From Breznakia sp. PF5-3 (GTDB lineage: Bacteria; Bacillota_I; Bacilli_A; Erysipelotrichales; Erysipelotrichaceae), in contig NZ_JAQFIQ010000034.1 of assembly GCF_029504745.1 (NCBI RefSeq), forward strand, positions 1 through 24,823: 24,823 nt of DNA. The letters are read 5' to 3'. Position numbers and translations under genes: made by a program. The notes below the pieces were generated by a model. It searched no databases. It saw nothing but the letters and a program-made list of their open reading frames with translations, and was not told the origin of the DNA. Position 1 is the stretch's first letter. Each line of letters starts with the position of its first letter. Positions 17,349 through 24,823 of the stretch are shown here, piece by piece.

Positions 17349-17409
17349 TTCTCAGTTTCCTTTCTTCATTTATTCAAGCTACAGATATTTCTGCTCACTT
17401 CATAAATAT

Positions 17410-17434
17410 GACGAAAGAAAAATCAATTGCGTTC
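17410..17434 (-). promoter_or_regulatory. ECF-type promoter candidate P1 (GAAC-N17-CGTC) upstream of the lipoprotein to sigma operon
   Basis: The minus strand reads gtaGAACgcaattgatttttctttCGTCata, 62 nt upstream of ATG 17348 and just downstream of terminator 17465-17500. Confidence 0.6.
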
Positions 17435-17464
17435 TACATCTTTAAAAAAAAATCATTTTTCCAC

Positions 17465-17500
17465 AAAAAAAAGCCAAGAGTATCTTAAATAACTCTTAGC
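17465..17500 (-). terminator. Rho-independent terminator (ends the candidate sRNA/leader)
   Basis: The minus strand reads gctaagagt-tatttaagat-actcttggc (9-bp stem, 1 mismatch) followed by 8 T. Confidence 0.7.
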
Positions 17501-17592
17501 TTTTATATGCAATATGTGGGAGTGAACCTTGATCAATAGTCTAAGCTATAAAGGTTTTTACGAGATCTAAGTCTCAAATGTGAACACTCCCT
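17501..17592 (-). ncRNA. Candidate structured small RNA or cis-leader of unknown class
   Basis: Closing helix GGGAGUG (17591-17585) / CACUCCC (17524-17518) encloses two hairpins, GAGA-CUUAGA-UCUC and AACCUU..AUAG-CUUAGA-CUAU..AAGGUU, with identical hexaloops. An extended -10 (TGaTATACT, 17607-17599) lies about 7 nt upstream of the helix. The terminator follows. Confidence 0.3.
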
Positions 17593-17667
17593 AATTAAAG
17601 TATATCACATTCCCTCACACATTTGCGTAAGTCTTATGTTTTATTAAGATATCTCTTAACTTTATAA

Positions 17668-17696
17668 TACGAAAAAGAATGCCAAATGGCATTCTT
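17668..17696 (-). terminator. Rho-independent terminator of tuf / the str operon
   Basis: Stem aagaatgcc (17675-17683) / ggcattctt (17688-17696) with a 4-nt loop. On the minus strand it is followed by tttttcgtatt. Confidence 0.75.
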
Positions 17697-17720
17697 AATG
17701 TAAATATTCTATTTTTTAAA

Positions 17721-18905
17721 TTATTTAATAATTTCAGTAACGTTTCCAGCTCCAACTGTACGTCCACCTTCACGGATTGAGAACTTAGTTCCTTGTTCAA
17801 TCGCGATTGGTGCAATAAGTTCAACTGTCATTTCTACGTTATCACCAGGCATAACCATCTCAGTTCCTTCTGGTAAAGTAATAACTCCTGTTACATCCGT
17901 AGTTCTGAAGTAGAATTGAGGACGGTAGTTAGAAACGAATGGTGTATGACGTCCACCTTCTTCTTTACTTAAAACATATACTTGTGCTTTAAATTGAGTA
18001 TGTGGTGTTACACTACCAGGTTTACAAAGAATTTGTCCACGTACGATTTCATCACGGTTAACTCCACGAAGCAATGCTCCAATGTTGTCTCCAGCTTCAG
18101 CGTAATCTAACAATTTACGGAACATTTCAATTCCTGTAACAACTGTTTTCTTAGTATCTTTGATACCAACGATTTCAACTTCTTCATTGATGTTTAATTG
18201 TCCACGTTCAACACGTCCTGTAGCAACTGTACCACGTCCTGTAATTGTGAAAACATCTTCTACTGACATCAAGAATGGTTTGTCAGTTTCACGTACTGGA
18301 TCTGGAACGTATTCGTCAACTGCATCCATCAATTCATTGATTTTTTCTACCCAAGCAGCATCTCCTTCAAGAGCTTTAAGAGCAGATCCACGAATTACTG
18401 GAGCGTTATCTCCATCAAAGTTATATTCGCTTAATAATTCACGAACTTCCATTTCAACTAAATCTACTAATTCATCGTCATCAACCATATCACATTTGTT
18501 TAAGAAAACAACGATTTTGTCAACACCTACTTGGTTTGCAAGTAGAATGTGTTCACGTGTTTGAGGCATAGGCCCATCAGTTGCAGCAACTACTAAGATT
18601 GCTCCATCCATTTGTGCAGCCCCAGTAATCATGTTCTTAACGTAGTCAGCATGACCTGGACAGTCAACGTGTGCATAGTGACGTTTTTCTGTTTGGTACT
18701 CAACGTGTGCAGTATTGATTGTAATTCCACGTTCTTTTTCTTCTGGTGCTCCATCAATTTGGTCATAAGCTTGCGCTTCAGCTTGACCTTTGTTAGCTAA
18801 TACATTTGTAATAGCTGCTGTTAATGTTGTTTTACCGTGGTCAACGTGACCAATTGTTCCAATATTAACATGTGTTTTCGATCTATCGAACTTTTGTTTA
18901 GACAT
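17721..18905 (-). CDS. tuf: Elongation factor Tu
   Basis: Unmistakable EF-Tu sequence ([30 protein letters not shown]), 394 aa. Confidence 0.99.
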   Translation of the reverse strand: MSKQKFDRSKTHVNIGTIGHVDHGKTTLTAAITNVLANKGQAEAQAYDQIDGAPEEKERGITINTAHVEYQTEKRHYAHVDCPGHADYVKNMITGAAQMDGAILVVAATDGPMPQTREHILLANQVGVDKIVVFLNKCDMVDDDELVDLVEMEVRELLSEYNFDGDNAPVIRGSALKALEGDAAWVEKINELMDAVDEYVPDPVRETDKPFLMSVEDVFTITGRGTVATGRVERGQLNINEEVEIVGIKDTKKTVVTGIEMFRKLLDYAEAGDNIGALLRGVNRDEIVRGQILCKPGSVTPHTQFKAQVYVLSKEEGGRHTPFVSNYRPQFYFRTTDVTGVITLPEGTEMVMPGDNVEMTVELIAPIAIEQGTKFSIREGGRTVGAGNVTEIIK

Positions 18906-19020
18906 TTTAATTTCCTCCTAATAAGTTTCTTTTCATCTTAGTGGTTTTTACCACAAATTAATTTAGTTATCCTTTTTTATTTTAAATCAAAATAATCATA
19001 AAAGCAACATCTAAAATGAA

Positions 19021-21093
19021 TTATGCACTTGCACGTTCTTTCATGATTTTTTCACCAATACTTTTTGGTACTTCAGAGTAGTGTGCAAACTTCATTGAGT
19101 AGTTACCACGCCCTTGAGTGAACCCACGTAAGTCAGTTACATATCCGAACATTTCTGAAAGTGGAATCATTGCTCTAACGCTAATTGCATTTCCTCTTTC
19201 TTCTTGTCCATCAATCATTCCACGACGAGATGATACATCCCCCATAACTGATCCCAAGTATTCACTTGGTGCTGTAACTTCAACTTCCATGATTGGTTCA
19301 AGAAGTACTGGATCACATTTCTTTGCAGCTTCTTTAAGTGCCATACTAGCAGCAATCTTATAAGCCATTTCACTTGAATCGACATCATGGTAAGACCCAT
19401 CAAATAAAGTTGCTTTGATATCAATTACTTCATATCCTGCAAGCATACCATTATGTAAAGCAGATTCCACTCCTTCACCAACAGCTTTGATATATTCTCT
19501 AGGAACCGATCCACCAACTGTCTTATCTTCAAATATGAATCCTTCATTAGGATTTGGTTCAAATTTAATCCAAACGTGTCCATATTGTCCACGTCCACCT
19601 GATTGTTTAATGTATTTCCCTTCACAATCTGCTTCCTTGCGAATTGTTTCACGGTAAGCAACTTGAGGTGCCCCAATATTTGCTTCTACTTTAAACTCTC
19701 TTTTCATACGGTCAACAATGATATCAAGATGTAGTTCACCTACACCAGCGATAATTGTTTGTCCTGTTTCTTCATCTGTATAAGTTTTGAAAGTTGGATC
19801 TTCTTCAGCAAGTTTCGATAAAGCAAGTCCCATCTTGTCTTGGTCACCTTTTGACTTAGGTTCTACAGCAACACGAATAACTGGTTCAGGGAATACCATT
19901 GATTCAAGTACGATTGGTGCATCTTCAGCACACAATGTATCTCCAGTAGTAGTATCTTTCAATCCTACTGCTGCAGCAATATCTCCAGCATTCACTTCAC
20001 TTATTTCTTTACGCTCATTCGAGTGCATTTGTAGAATACGTCCAAAACGTTCTTTTTTATTTTTCGTCGCATTCAATACATATGTTCCAGATTTTGCTGT
20101 TCCTGAATAAACTCTAAAATAAGATAATTTTCCAACATATGGATCTGTCATAATCTTAAATGCTAATGCACTAAATGGTGCACTATCAGAAGATTCACGA
20201 GCTTCTTCTTCACCTTTTGGTGTTGTACCAGTAATTGCTGGTACATCAATAGGCGAAGGTAAGTAAGCAATTACTGCATCAAGCAATAATTGAACTCCCT
20301 TGTTCTTATATGCTGAACCACAAAGTACAGGGAAGAATTCACCGGTAATAACAGCTTTACGAATTGCTTCTTTAATTTCATCAATAGTAGGTTCTTCACC
20401 TTCTAGAACTTTCATCATAAGTTCATCATCAAAATCAGCAACTGCTTCAATCAATCCTTGATGTAATTCATCACATTTTGCTTTTAAATCAGCAGGAATT
20501 TCGATTGTTTCAATTTCTGTTCCTAACTCATTTGTATAATTATAAGCTTTCATTTCAACCAAATCAATGATTCCGTTAAAGTTTGCTTCAGCACCGATAG
20601 GGTATTGAATTGGAGCACTCTTCGCTCCTAAACGATCAATAATTGTATGACAACTCATATCAAAGTCAGCACCTGTAGCATCCATTTTATTACAGAATAC
20701 AATACGAGGTACTCCATAAGATGTTGCTTGACGCCAAACCGTTTCGGTTTGTGGTTCAACACCAGCTTTAGCATCCAATACGGTAACCGCACCATCTAAT
20801 ACACGAAGTGAACGTTCAACTTCAACGGTGAAGTCAACGTGACCTGGTGTATCGATAATGTTTACACGATACCCATTCCAAGCAGCTGTTGTAGCTGCTG
20901 ATGTAATCGTAATCCCACGTTCTTTTTCTTGGTCCATCCAGTCCATTGTACTGGCACCATCATGAGTTTCCCCAATCTTATGATTTACCCCTGTATAATA
21001 AAGGATACGCTCAGTAGTTGTTGTTTTACCAGCATCGATATGGGCCATGATCCCTATATTACGTGTTTTTTCTAATGTAAATTCACGAGCCAT
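19021..21093 (-). CDS. fusA: Elongation factor G
   Basis: [24 protein letters not shown] and full-length 690-aa EF-G architecture. Confidence 0.99.
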   Translation of the reverse strand: MAREFTLEKTRNIGIMAHIDAGKTTTTERILYYTGVNHKIGETHDGASTMDWMDQEKERGITITSAATTAAWNGYRVNIIDTPGHVDFTVEVERSLRVLDGAVTVLDAKAGVEPQTETVWRQATSYGVPRIVFCNKMDATGADFDMSCHTIIDRLGAKSAPIQYPIGAEANFNGIIDLVEMKAYNYTNELGTEIETIEIPADLKAKCDELHQGLIEAVADFDDELMMKVLEGEEPTIDEIKEAIRKAVITGEFFPVLCGSAYKNKGVQLLLDAVIAYLPSPIDVPAITGTTPKGEEEARESSDSAPFSALAFKIMTDPYVGKLSYFRVYSGTAKSGTYVLNATKNKKERFGRILQMHSNERKEISEVNAGDIAAAVGLKDTTTGDTLCAEDAPIVLESMVFPEPVIRVAVEPKSKGDQDKMGLALSKLAEEDPTFKTYTDEETGQTIIAGVGELHLDIIVDRMKREFKVEANIGAPQVAYRETIRKEADCEGKYIKQSGGRGQYGHVWIKFEPNPNEGFIFEDKTVGGSVPREYIKAVGEGVESALHNGMLAGYEVIDIKATLFDGSYHDVDSSEMAYKIAASMALKEAAKKCDPVLLEPIMEVEVTAPSEYLGSVMGDVSSRRGMIDGQEERGNAISVRAMIPLSEMFGYVTDLRGFTQGRGNYSMKFAHYSEVPKSIGEKIMKERASA

Positions 21094-21105
21094 GCCATCG
21101 TCCTC

Positions 21106-21576
21106 CTACCAGCGATAGTGAGCAAACATTTTATTTGCTTCCGCCATTTTATGGATATCTTCACGTTTCTTAACAGAAGCTCCATTTCCTTCAGCAGCAT
21201 CCATAATTTCAGCTGCTAATCTTTGTTCCATTGTTTTTTCATTTCTTAAACGAGCATAGTTAACAATCCAACGAAGTCCTAATGTAAGTCTTCTCTCTTG
21301 AGAAACTTCAACTGGTACTTGGTAGTTTGAACCACCAACTCTTCTTGCTTTAAGTTCTAACATTGGCATAACATTTTCTAGTGCTTGTTCAAACACTTCC
21401 ATCGGTTTCTTTTCCGATTTTACTTCAATAATATCAAACGCATTGTATAAGATTGTTTGTGCAACTCCTCTTTTACCATCAACCATGATTTTGTTAATTA
21501 AACGAGTAACTAATTTAGAGTTGTAAATTGGATCTACTAATACATCACGTTTTGCAATATGTCCTTTTCTTGGCAT
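21106..21576 (-). CDS. rpsG: 30S ribosomal protein S7
   Basis: [40 protein letters not shown]..., 156 aa. Confidence 0.99.
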   Translation of the reverse strand: MPRKGHIAKRDVLVDPIYNSKLVTRLINKIMVDGKRGVAQTILYNAFDIIEVKSEKKPMEVFEQALENVMPMLELKARRVGGSNYQVPVEVSQERRLTLGLRWIVNYARLRNEKTMEQRLAAEIMDAAEGNGASVKKREDIHKMAEANKMFAHYRW

Positions 21577-21606
21577 ATCTAATACCTCCTTTTCATGATT
21601 GTGCGA

Positions 21607-22026
21607 CTATTTCGCAGCTTTTGGTTTTTTTGTACCGTATAATGATCTAGATTGATTACGATCATTTACACCAGCACAATCAAGTGTTCCACGTACCACG
21701 TGATAACGAACCCCTGGTAAATCTTTAACACGTCCACCACGGATTAACACAACACTATGTTCTTGAAGATTGTGTCCAATCCCTCCGATATAAGCATTTA
21801 CTTCCATTCCGTTACTTAAACGAACACGAGCATACTTTCTTAGAGCAGAGTTTGGTTTCTTTGGCGTCATTGTCCCAACACGCGTACATACTCCACGTTT
21901 TTGTGGTGCCGCTTGATTTGTTGGACGACTTTTCAAAGAGTTGTACCCTCTGTTCAAAGCAGGTGCTTTCATAATCCATACTTTATCTTGACGACCTTTT
22001 CTAACTAATTGATTAATTGTAGGCAT
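21607..22026 (-). CDS. rpsL: 30S ribosomal protein S12
   Basis: [12 protein letters not shown]...[10 protein letters not shown]. The start is at ATG 22026 (AAGGAG RBS), not at the track start 22041. Confidence 0.98.
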   Translation of the reverse strand: MPTINQLVRKGRQDKVWIMKAPALNRGYNSLKSRPTNQAAPQKRGVCTRVGTMTPKKPNSALRKYARVRLSNGMEVNAYIGGIGHNLQEHSVVLIRGGRVKDLPGVRYHVVRGTLDCAGVNDRNQSRSLYGTKKPKAAK

Positions 22027-22115
22027 ATTTTCTCCTTTCAAATCTTACACACATTTCCGGGTGTGTCATTTTGTAGCATTTAAAATGTTCCTTTCGGAAC
22101 TTCGCTAGCCTATTA

Positions 22116-22144
22116 ATAATATAATAATAAAAGAGTGATGTCAA
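22116..22144 (-). promoter_or_regulatory. SigA-type promoter of the str operon
   Basis: The minus strand reads TTGACA (22144-22139), a 17-nt spacer, then TATTAT (22121-22116). The leader that follows has hairpins gttcc-gaaa-ggaac and acacac-ccggaaat-gtgtgt. Confidence 0.6.
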
Positions 22145-22153
22145 CACTCTTTT
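22129..22153 (-). terminator. Terminator hairpin immediately after the sigma-WG gene stop
   Basis: 9-bp stem aaaagagtg / cactctttt with a 7-nt loop. On the minus strand it is followed by attattatatt, a weak U-tract. The loop carries the TTGACA -35 of the str promoter. Confidence 0.5.
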
Positions 22154-22158
22154 ATTAT

Positions 22159-23937
22159 TTATTTCAGATCCATAAAACCCCATATTCCGTTTTTCCTTAC
22201 CATGATTACACCATTTGCTGGTGCACTCAAATCATCATATTTCCCTTGAAAAAGAATATTCCCTTTATTATCCAACAATCCCATTTCATCACCAAGTTTA
22301 AAATATGCATAATTTTTATTTAAAACTTCCATATCATCATAGAGGTTTGATGTTAAGTTTATTCCTTCTTCATTTATTAATTTCCATTTATCTCCTTTAC
22401 GAAGTGCCGCTAATCCATATACTCTTTTAGGACCAGCTACCGTAATATAAACTGTTCTTACTTCATCATATATATTATGACTAATAGGCTTATCATTTCT
22501 AAAAACAATATATTTTTTTGTTTCCTTATAGTCAAACTGTGGATTATCAAACCGATGTGTATCTACCTCAATAATTTCAGTCGTATCTTTTTCTCGAGTT
22601 TGATATAAAACCCATTTTAGTTTTGTATCAAACGAAGTTCCTGTTTCATTAAAATCTTGCATGAGCATATATACTTGTTGTCTATCTGAAAAATAAACAA
22701 CTGGAGGATATGTGCCACCAATTCCACTACATATCCCTTTATCCTCCACTTCAACATCTATTAAATCCACTACATAGTGAATTGCTTCCATAGAATACTC
22801 ATCTTTGGGTGGATATACAAATGCATAAGCATCTTCCCCCAAACATTGACGATATTTTTCTTGCTTCTCAAAAACCACGGTATTGTCAATATCTACAAAT
22901 TTTGACTTGCCATTTTCAGTAAGTAAAAATCCTTTATCATAAAGTGCGATTGGTCGCTCATCAAGATAATGTGAAGGAACAACACGCCATGTATCTTCAT
23001 TCAAAGCAGTTTGCGTATCAATCGGGTGGGGTTGTGTTTCACTTGGCGGATTGATATCAACTGTTTCTTTTTGCTTCAGTTGTTGATTATTAATTAAAAT
23101 ACCTGCTGTTGCCAGTACTGCAACAGCACTAACACCAGCTATAACTTTAGCAACTGTAGCAGTTGCAATCGTCACGCCGGCAATTGTAATCACTCCTGTA
23201 CCCACTGCTGTACCACCTATTGCAGCTAGGGTCGTGGTAGAAACAACTTCAGGAACGATAGTAGAACTTGCTAAATCCTTTAATATATATAAGAAAAGTG
23301 GAATTGGTGCCACACTCCTCAATTTCGTCCCAGTTGATTCTACTTCTTCTACTTTCCGCTTGATTTGCTTCTTGCCATAATTTAATCTGCTTTTTACCGT
23401 ATTTGGTGATATATCTAAGATATCTGCTATTTCATTGATTGATAGTTGTTGATAATAAAACATAAGAATACACATTCTATTTTCTTCACTTAATTCATCA
23501 ATCATATTTGATATAGCTTCTTTCAATTCATTATAATTATATGTTTCTGATGGATTGAACTCTATTTTATCATCTTCAATAAACTCCTCAATATTTTGAT
23601 CATCTTCTGTTGTATCTGTAAAAAGAAACGGCTTTTTTTTCTTTAAATAATCTTTTGCTTTATTGGCAACAATCCTATTTATCCATTGTGGAAACTTATT
23701 ATCATCATCCAATTGTGATAACTTCGAAAATGCTATCACATATGCATCTTGGAGAATATCAAAAACTGTTTGTTCATCACTTACAAACTTCTTTGCTACA
23801 AAATATACATTATTTGAAGTTTGTTCATAAATTTCTTGTATCGCTTTTTGATCTCCGTCCCTAGCCCTACATACATAGTCACTAAGTCCCTCTTCTACGC
23901 TTCTTCTTTTAAAATTAAACACACTCATTACCCACAC
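22159..23937 (-). CDS. Second ECF-type sigma-70 family factor fused to TM segment(s) and a C-terminal WG-repeat domain
   Basis: Region 2 (DILQDAYVIAFSKL...FPQWINRIVANKAKDYLKK) and region 4 (LSEENRMCILMFYYQQLSINEIADILDISPNTVKSRLNYGKKQIKRK). A long Ala/Gly/Thr/Val-rich hydrophobic stretch follows. C-terminal WG-type repeats are present (GDKWKLINEEG, EMGLLDNKGN, NGIWGFMDLK). The start is ambiguous between GTG 23937 and ATG 23928. Confidence 0.8.
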   Translation of the reverse strand: MWVMSVFNFKRRSVEEGLSDYVCRARDGDQKAIQEIYEQTSNNVYFVAKKFVSDEQTVFDILQDAYVIAFSKLSQLDDDNKFPQWINRIVANKAKDYLKKKKPFLFTDTTEDDQNIEEFIEDDKIEFNPSETYNYNELKEAISNMIDELSEENRMCILMFYYQQLSINEIADILDISPNTVKSRLNYGKKQIKRKVEEVESTGTKLRSVAPIPLFLYILKDLASSTIVPEVVSTTTLAAIGGTAVGTGVITIAGVTIATATVAKVIAGVSAVAVLATAGILINNQQLKQKETVDINPPSETQPHPIDTQTALNEDTWRVVPSHYLDERPIALYDKGFLLTENGKSKFVDIDNTVVFEKQEKYRQCLGEDAYAFVYPPKDEYSMEAIHYVVDLIDVEVEDKGICSGIGGTYPPVVYFSDRQQVYMLMQDFNETGTSFDTKLKWVLYQTREKDTTEIIEVDTHRFDNPQFDYKETKKYIVFRNDKPISHNIYDEVRTVYITVAGPKRVYGLAALRKGDKWKLINEEGINLTSNLYDDMEVLNKNYAYFKLGDEMGLLDNKGNILFQGKYDDLSAPANGVIMVRKNGIWGFMDLK

Positions 23938-23972
23938 AAAGGTTTAATAAACCTATCTCCTTTCAACCACTT

Positions 23973-23997
23973 GACGACTAACCTTTTCCTAAAGTTT
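23973..23997 (-). promoter_or_regulatory. ECF-type promoter candidate P4 (AAAC-N17-CGTC) upstream of the second sigma fusion
   Basis: The minus strand reads ttaAAACtttaggaaaaggttagtCGTCaag, 36-45 nt upstream of the start codon. Confidence 0.45.
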
Positions 23998-24059
23998 TAA
24001 CTTTTTTAAAACTTTTTTTAAACTATCTCGTCTTATAACTGTAACAGGAGCTGATTAGA

Positions 24060-24179
24060 ATGAAAAAATACATAACTATTCACCAACTACTGTTTAGTAT
24101 TTCAAAAGACTATAGACTTAAGAAAAAACAGAAAAAGTTACTTTATAAGAATATCCAAAAAAAATTAGAAACCAAATAA
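24060..24179 (+). CDS. Possible small basic protein (39 aa), unverified
   Basis: AGGAG lies 9 nt upstream of ATG 24060. Translation: MKKYITIHQLLFSISKDYRLKKKQKKLLYKNIQKKLETK. No homology recognised. AT-rich intergenic DNA produces Lys-rich ORFs easily. Confidence 0.2.
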   Translation: MKKYITIHQLLFSISKDYRLKKKQKKLLYKNIQKKLETK

Positions 24180-24181
24180 AA

Positions 24182-24661
24182 TTATTTTCTTTTAATACCA
24201 ACTAAAGGATCTTTTTCCGCTACTTTACCAAGTGAAAAAACAGATAAAAAATCATTATCATTTAAATTAGGAAAAACAAATGGAGACAACAAAGATATAT
24301 TATTTTTCTCCATGATTTTTCTATCAAACTTCATCAATAAATCACCACGTTTCACAGAATCTCCATCTTTCACAAATACATTAAACCCTTTTCCATCAAG
24401 TTGAGCTGTATTCATACCAATGTGAATTAAAATTGCAATGTTATCACTTGATTTAATGATGATGGCATGTTTCGTAGGATATACTAAAACAATTTCTCCA
24501 TCACATGGCGAAAATACTTTTTCTCCATCTGGATTAATTAATATACCACGTCCTAATAGTCCTTGTGCTACTGCTTCATCTTTACTCTCACGAAGCGGCT
24601 TAATCTCACCACTCAACGGAGAAAGCAATGTTACATATTGATTATCATCCATTCTATACAC
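24182..24661 (-). CDS. Stand-alone PTS EIIA (glucose-family) component
   Basis: 159 aa with the EIIA-Glc signatures PTKHAIIIKS and ILIHIGMNTAQLDGKGF (both conserved His residues). RBS GGAAGAGGG. Confidence 0.85.
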   Translation of the reverse strand: MYRMDDNQYVTLLSPLSGEIKPLRESKDEAVAQGLLGRGILINPDGEKVFSPCDGEIVLVYPTKHAIIIKSSDNIAILIHIGMNTAQLDGKGFNVFVKDGDSVKRGDLLMKFDRKIMEKNNISLLSPFVFPNLNDNDFLSVFSLGKVAEKDPLVGIKRK

Positions 24662-24730
24662 CCTCTTCCTTTATAATATATTTTTATTTTATCATATTAT
24701 GTATTCAAATTCTGCAATAATCCATAATCA

Positions 24731-24823
24731 ATCGAGTAGGAGGTAACTGATTAATTCAGTTACCGACCTCTCACACCACCGTACGTACGGTTCCGTATAC
24801 GGCGGTTCAGTATATTTTAACGG
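24731..24823 (-). mobile_element. 3' end of a group II intron (domains V and VI, 3' splice site), truncated by the window edge
   Basis: The minus strand shows a DV-like 32-nt hairpin (24806-24775): ACCGCCGUA-UACG-GAAC-CGUA-CG(bulge)-UACGGUGGU, with a conserved G-U wobble and a CGC triad position. DVI follows: GAGAGG-UC-GGUAACUGA-AUUAA-UCAGUUACC-U-CCU-A(bulged, 24737)-CUC. The intron ends ...CUCGAU at 24731, 6 nt after the bulged A, like Ll.LtrB ...CCUCCCUACUUCAC. Confidence 0.65.

Noticed and set aside
17246-17488. 80-aa plus-strand ORF across the lipoprotein start and promoter P1
   Set aside because: It is antisense to the lipoprotein signal-peptide codons and the regulatory region. It has no RBS and its composition is low-complexity Phe/Leu/Ser.
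17518-17591. Possible tRNA, suggested by a 74-nt element closed by a 7-bp helix
   Set aside because: Neither strand has a T-loop (GTTCRANY), D-loop conserved bases or cloverleaf spacing. It is kept only as an unclassified structured-RNA candidate.
17615-17824. 69-aa minus-strand ORF overlapping the tuf 3' end and its terminator
   Set aside because: It is out of frame with tuf and runs through the terminator hairpin. It has no RBS.
18160-20110. Alternative-frame and antisense ORFs inside tuf and fusA (18160..18564, 18612..18800, 19118..19363, 19215..19424, 19415..19657, 19425..19676, 19787..20110)
   Set aside because: They are embedded in two of the most conserved bacterial genes. These are shadow frames with Ser/Thr/Pro-rich nonsense translations.
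1-24823. CRISPR arrays, rRNA/tRNA genes and long DNA-level tandem repeats
   Set aside because: Reading both strands revealed no regularly spaced direct repeats and no conserved rRNA/tRNA motifs. The only repeats are protein-level (Ig-like modules) and too diverged to show as DNA repeats.

Overview
Low-GC Bacillota-type chromosomal segment. The taxon guess (Erysipelotrichia/Clostridia-like) is only an inference from EF-Tu/EF-G and AT-rich codon usage. Almost everything is transcribed on the minus strand. All domain calls were made by eye from the translations, with no database search. Layout: (1) 0.1-6.8 kb holds ordinary genes: a zinc-ribbon membrane protein, a nitroreductase, a TPP-riboswitch-controlled thiT, two hypothetical proteins, an M18 aminopeptidase and an APC-type amino-acid permease. 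(2) 6.8-7.8 kb is a decayed IS30-family transposase. (3) 8.0-17.5 kb is the stand-out, an apparently self-contained surface-protein island immediately downstream of tuf. Its gene order on the minus strand is lipoprotein, single-pass membrane protein, type I signal peptidase, ECF-type sigma factor fused to a TM segment and an extracellular domain, three secreted paralogs sharing a cohesin-like N-terminal module, and a translationally coupled 44-aa membrane peptide. One of the three paralogs carries 8 Ig-like repeats and a C-terminal dockerin-like module. Three intergenic sites in the island, and a fourth upstream of a second sigma-fusion gene, carry the same ECF-type promoter motif (G/A)AAC-N17-CGTC. 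(4) 17.7-22.0 kb is the conserved str operon rpsL-rpsG-fusA-tuf. (5) 22.2-23.9 kb is a second sigma-TM fusion with a C-terminal WG-repeat domain. (6) 24.2-24.7 kb is a stand-alone PTS EIIA(Glc)-type protein. (7) The right edge contains domains V and VI and the 3' splice site of a group II intron truncated by the window. A candidate structured small RNA or leader lies between tuf and the island. No rRNA, tRNA or CRISPR array was seen.
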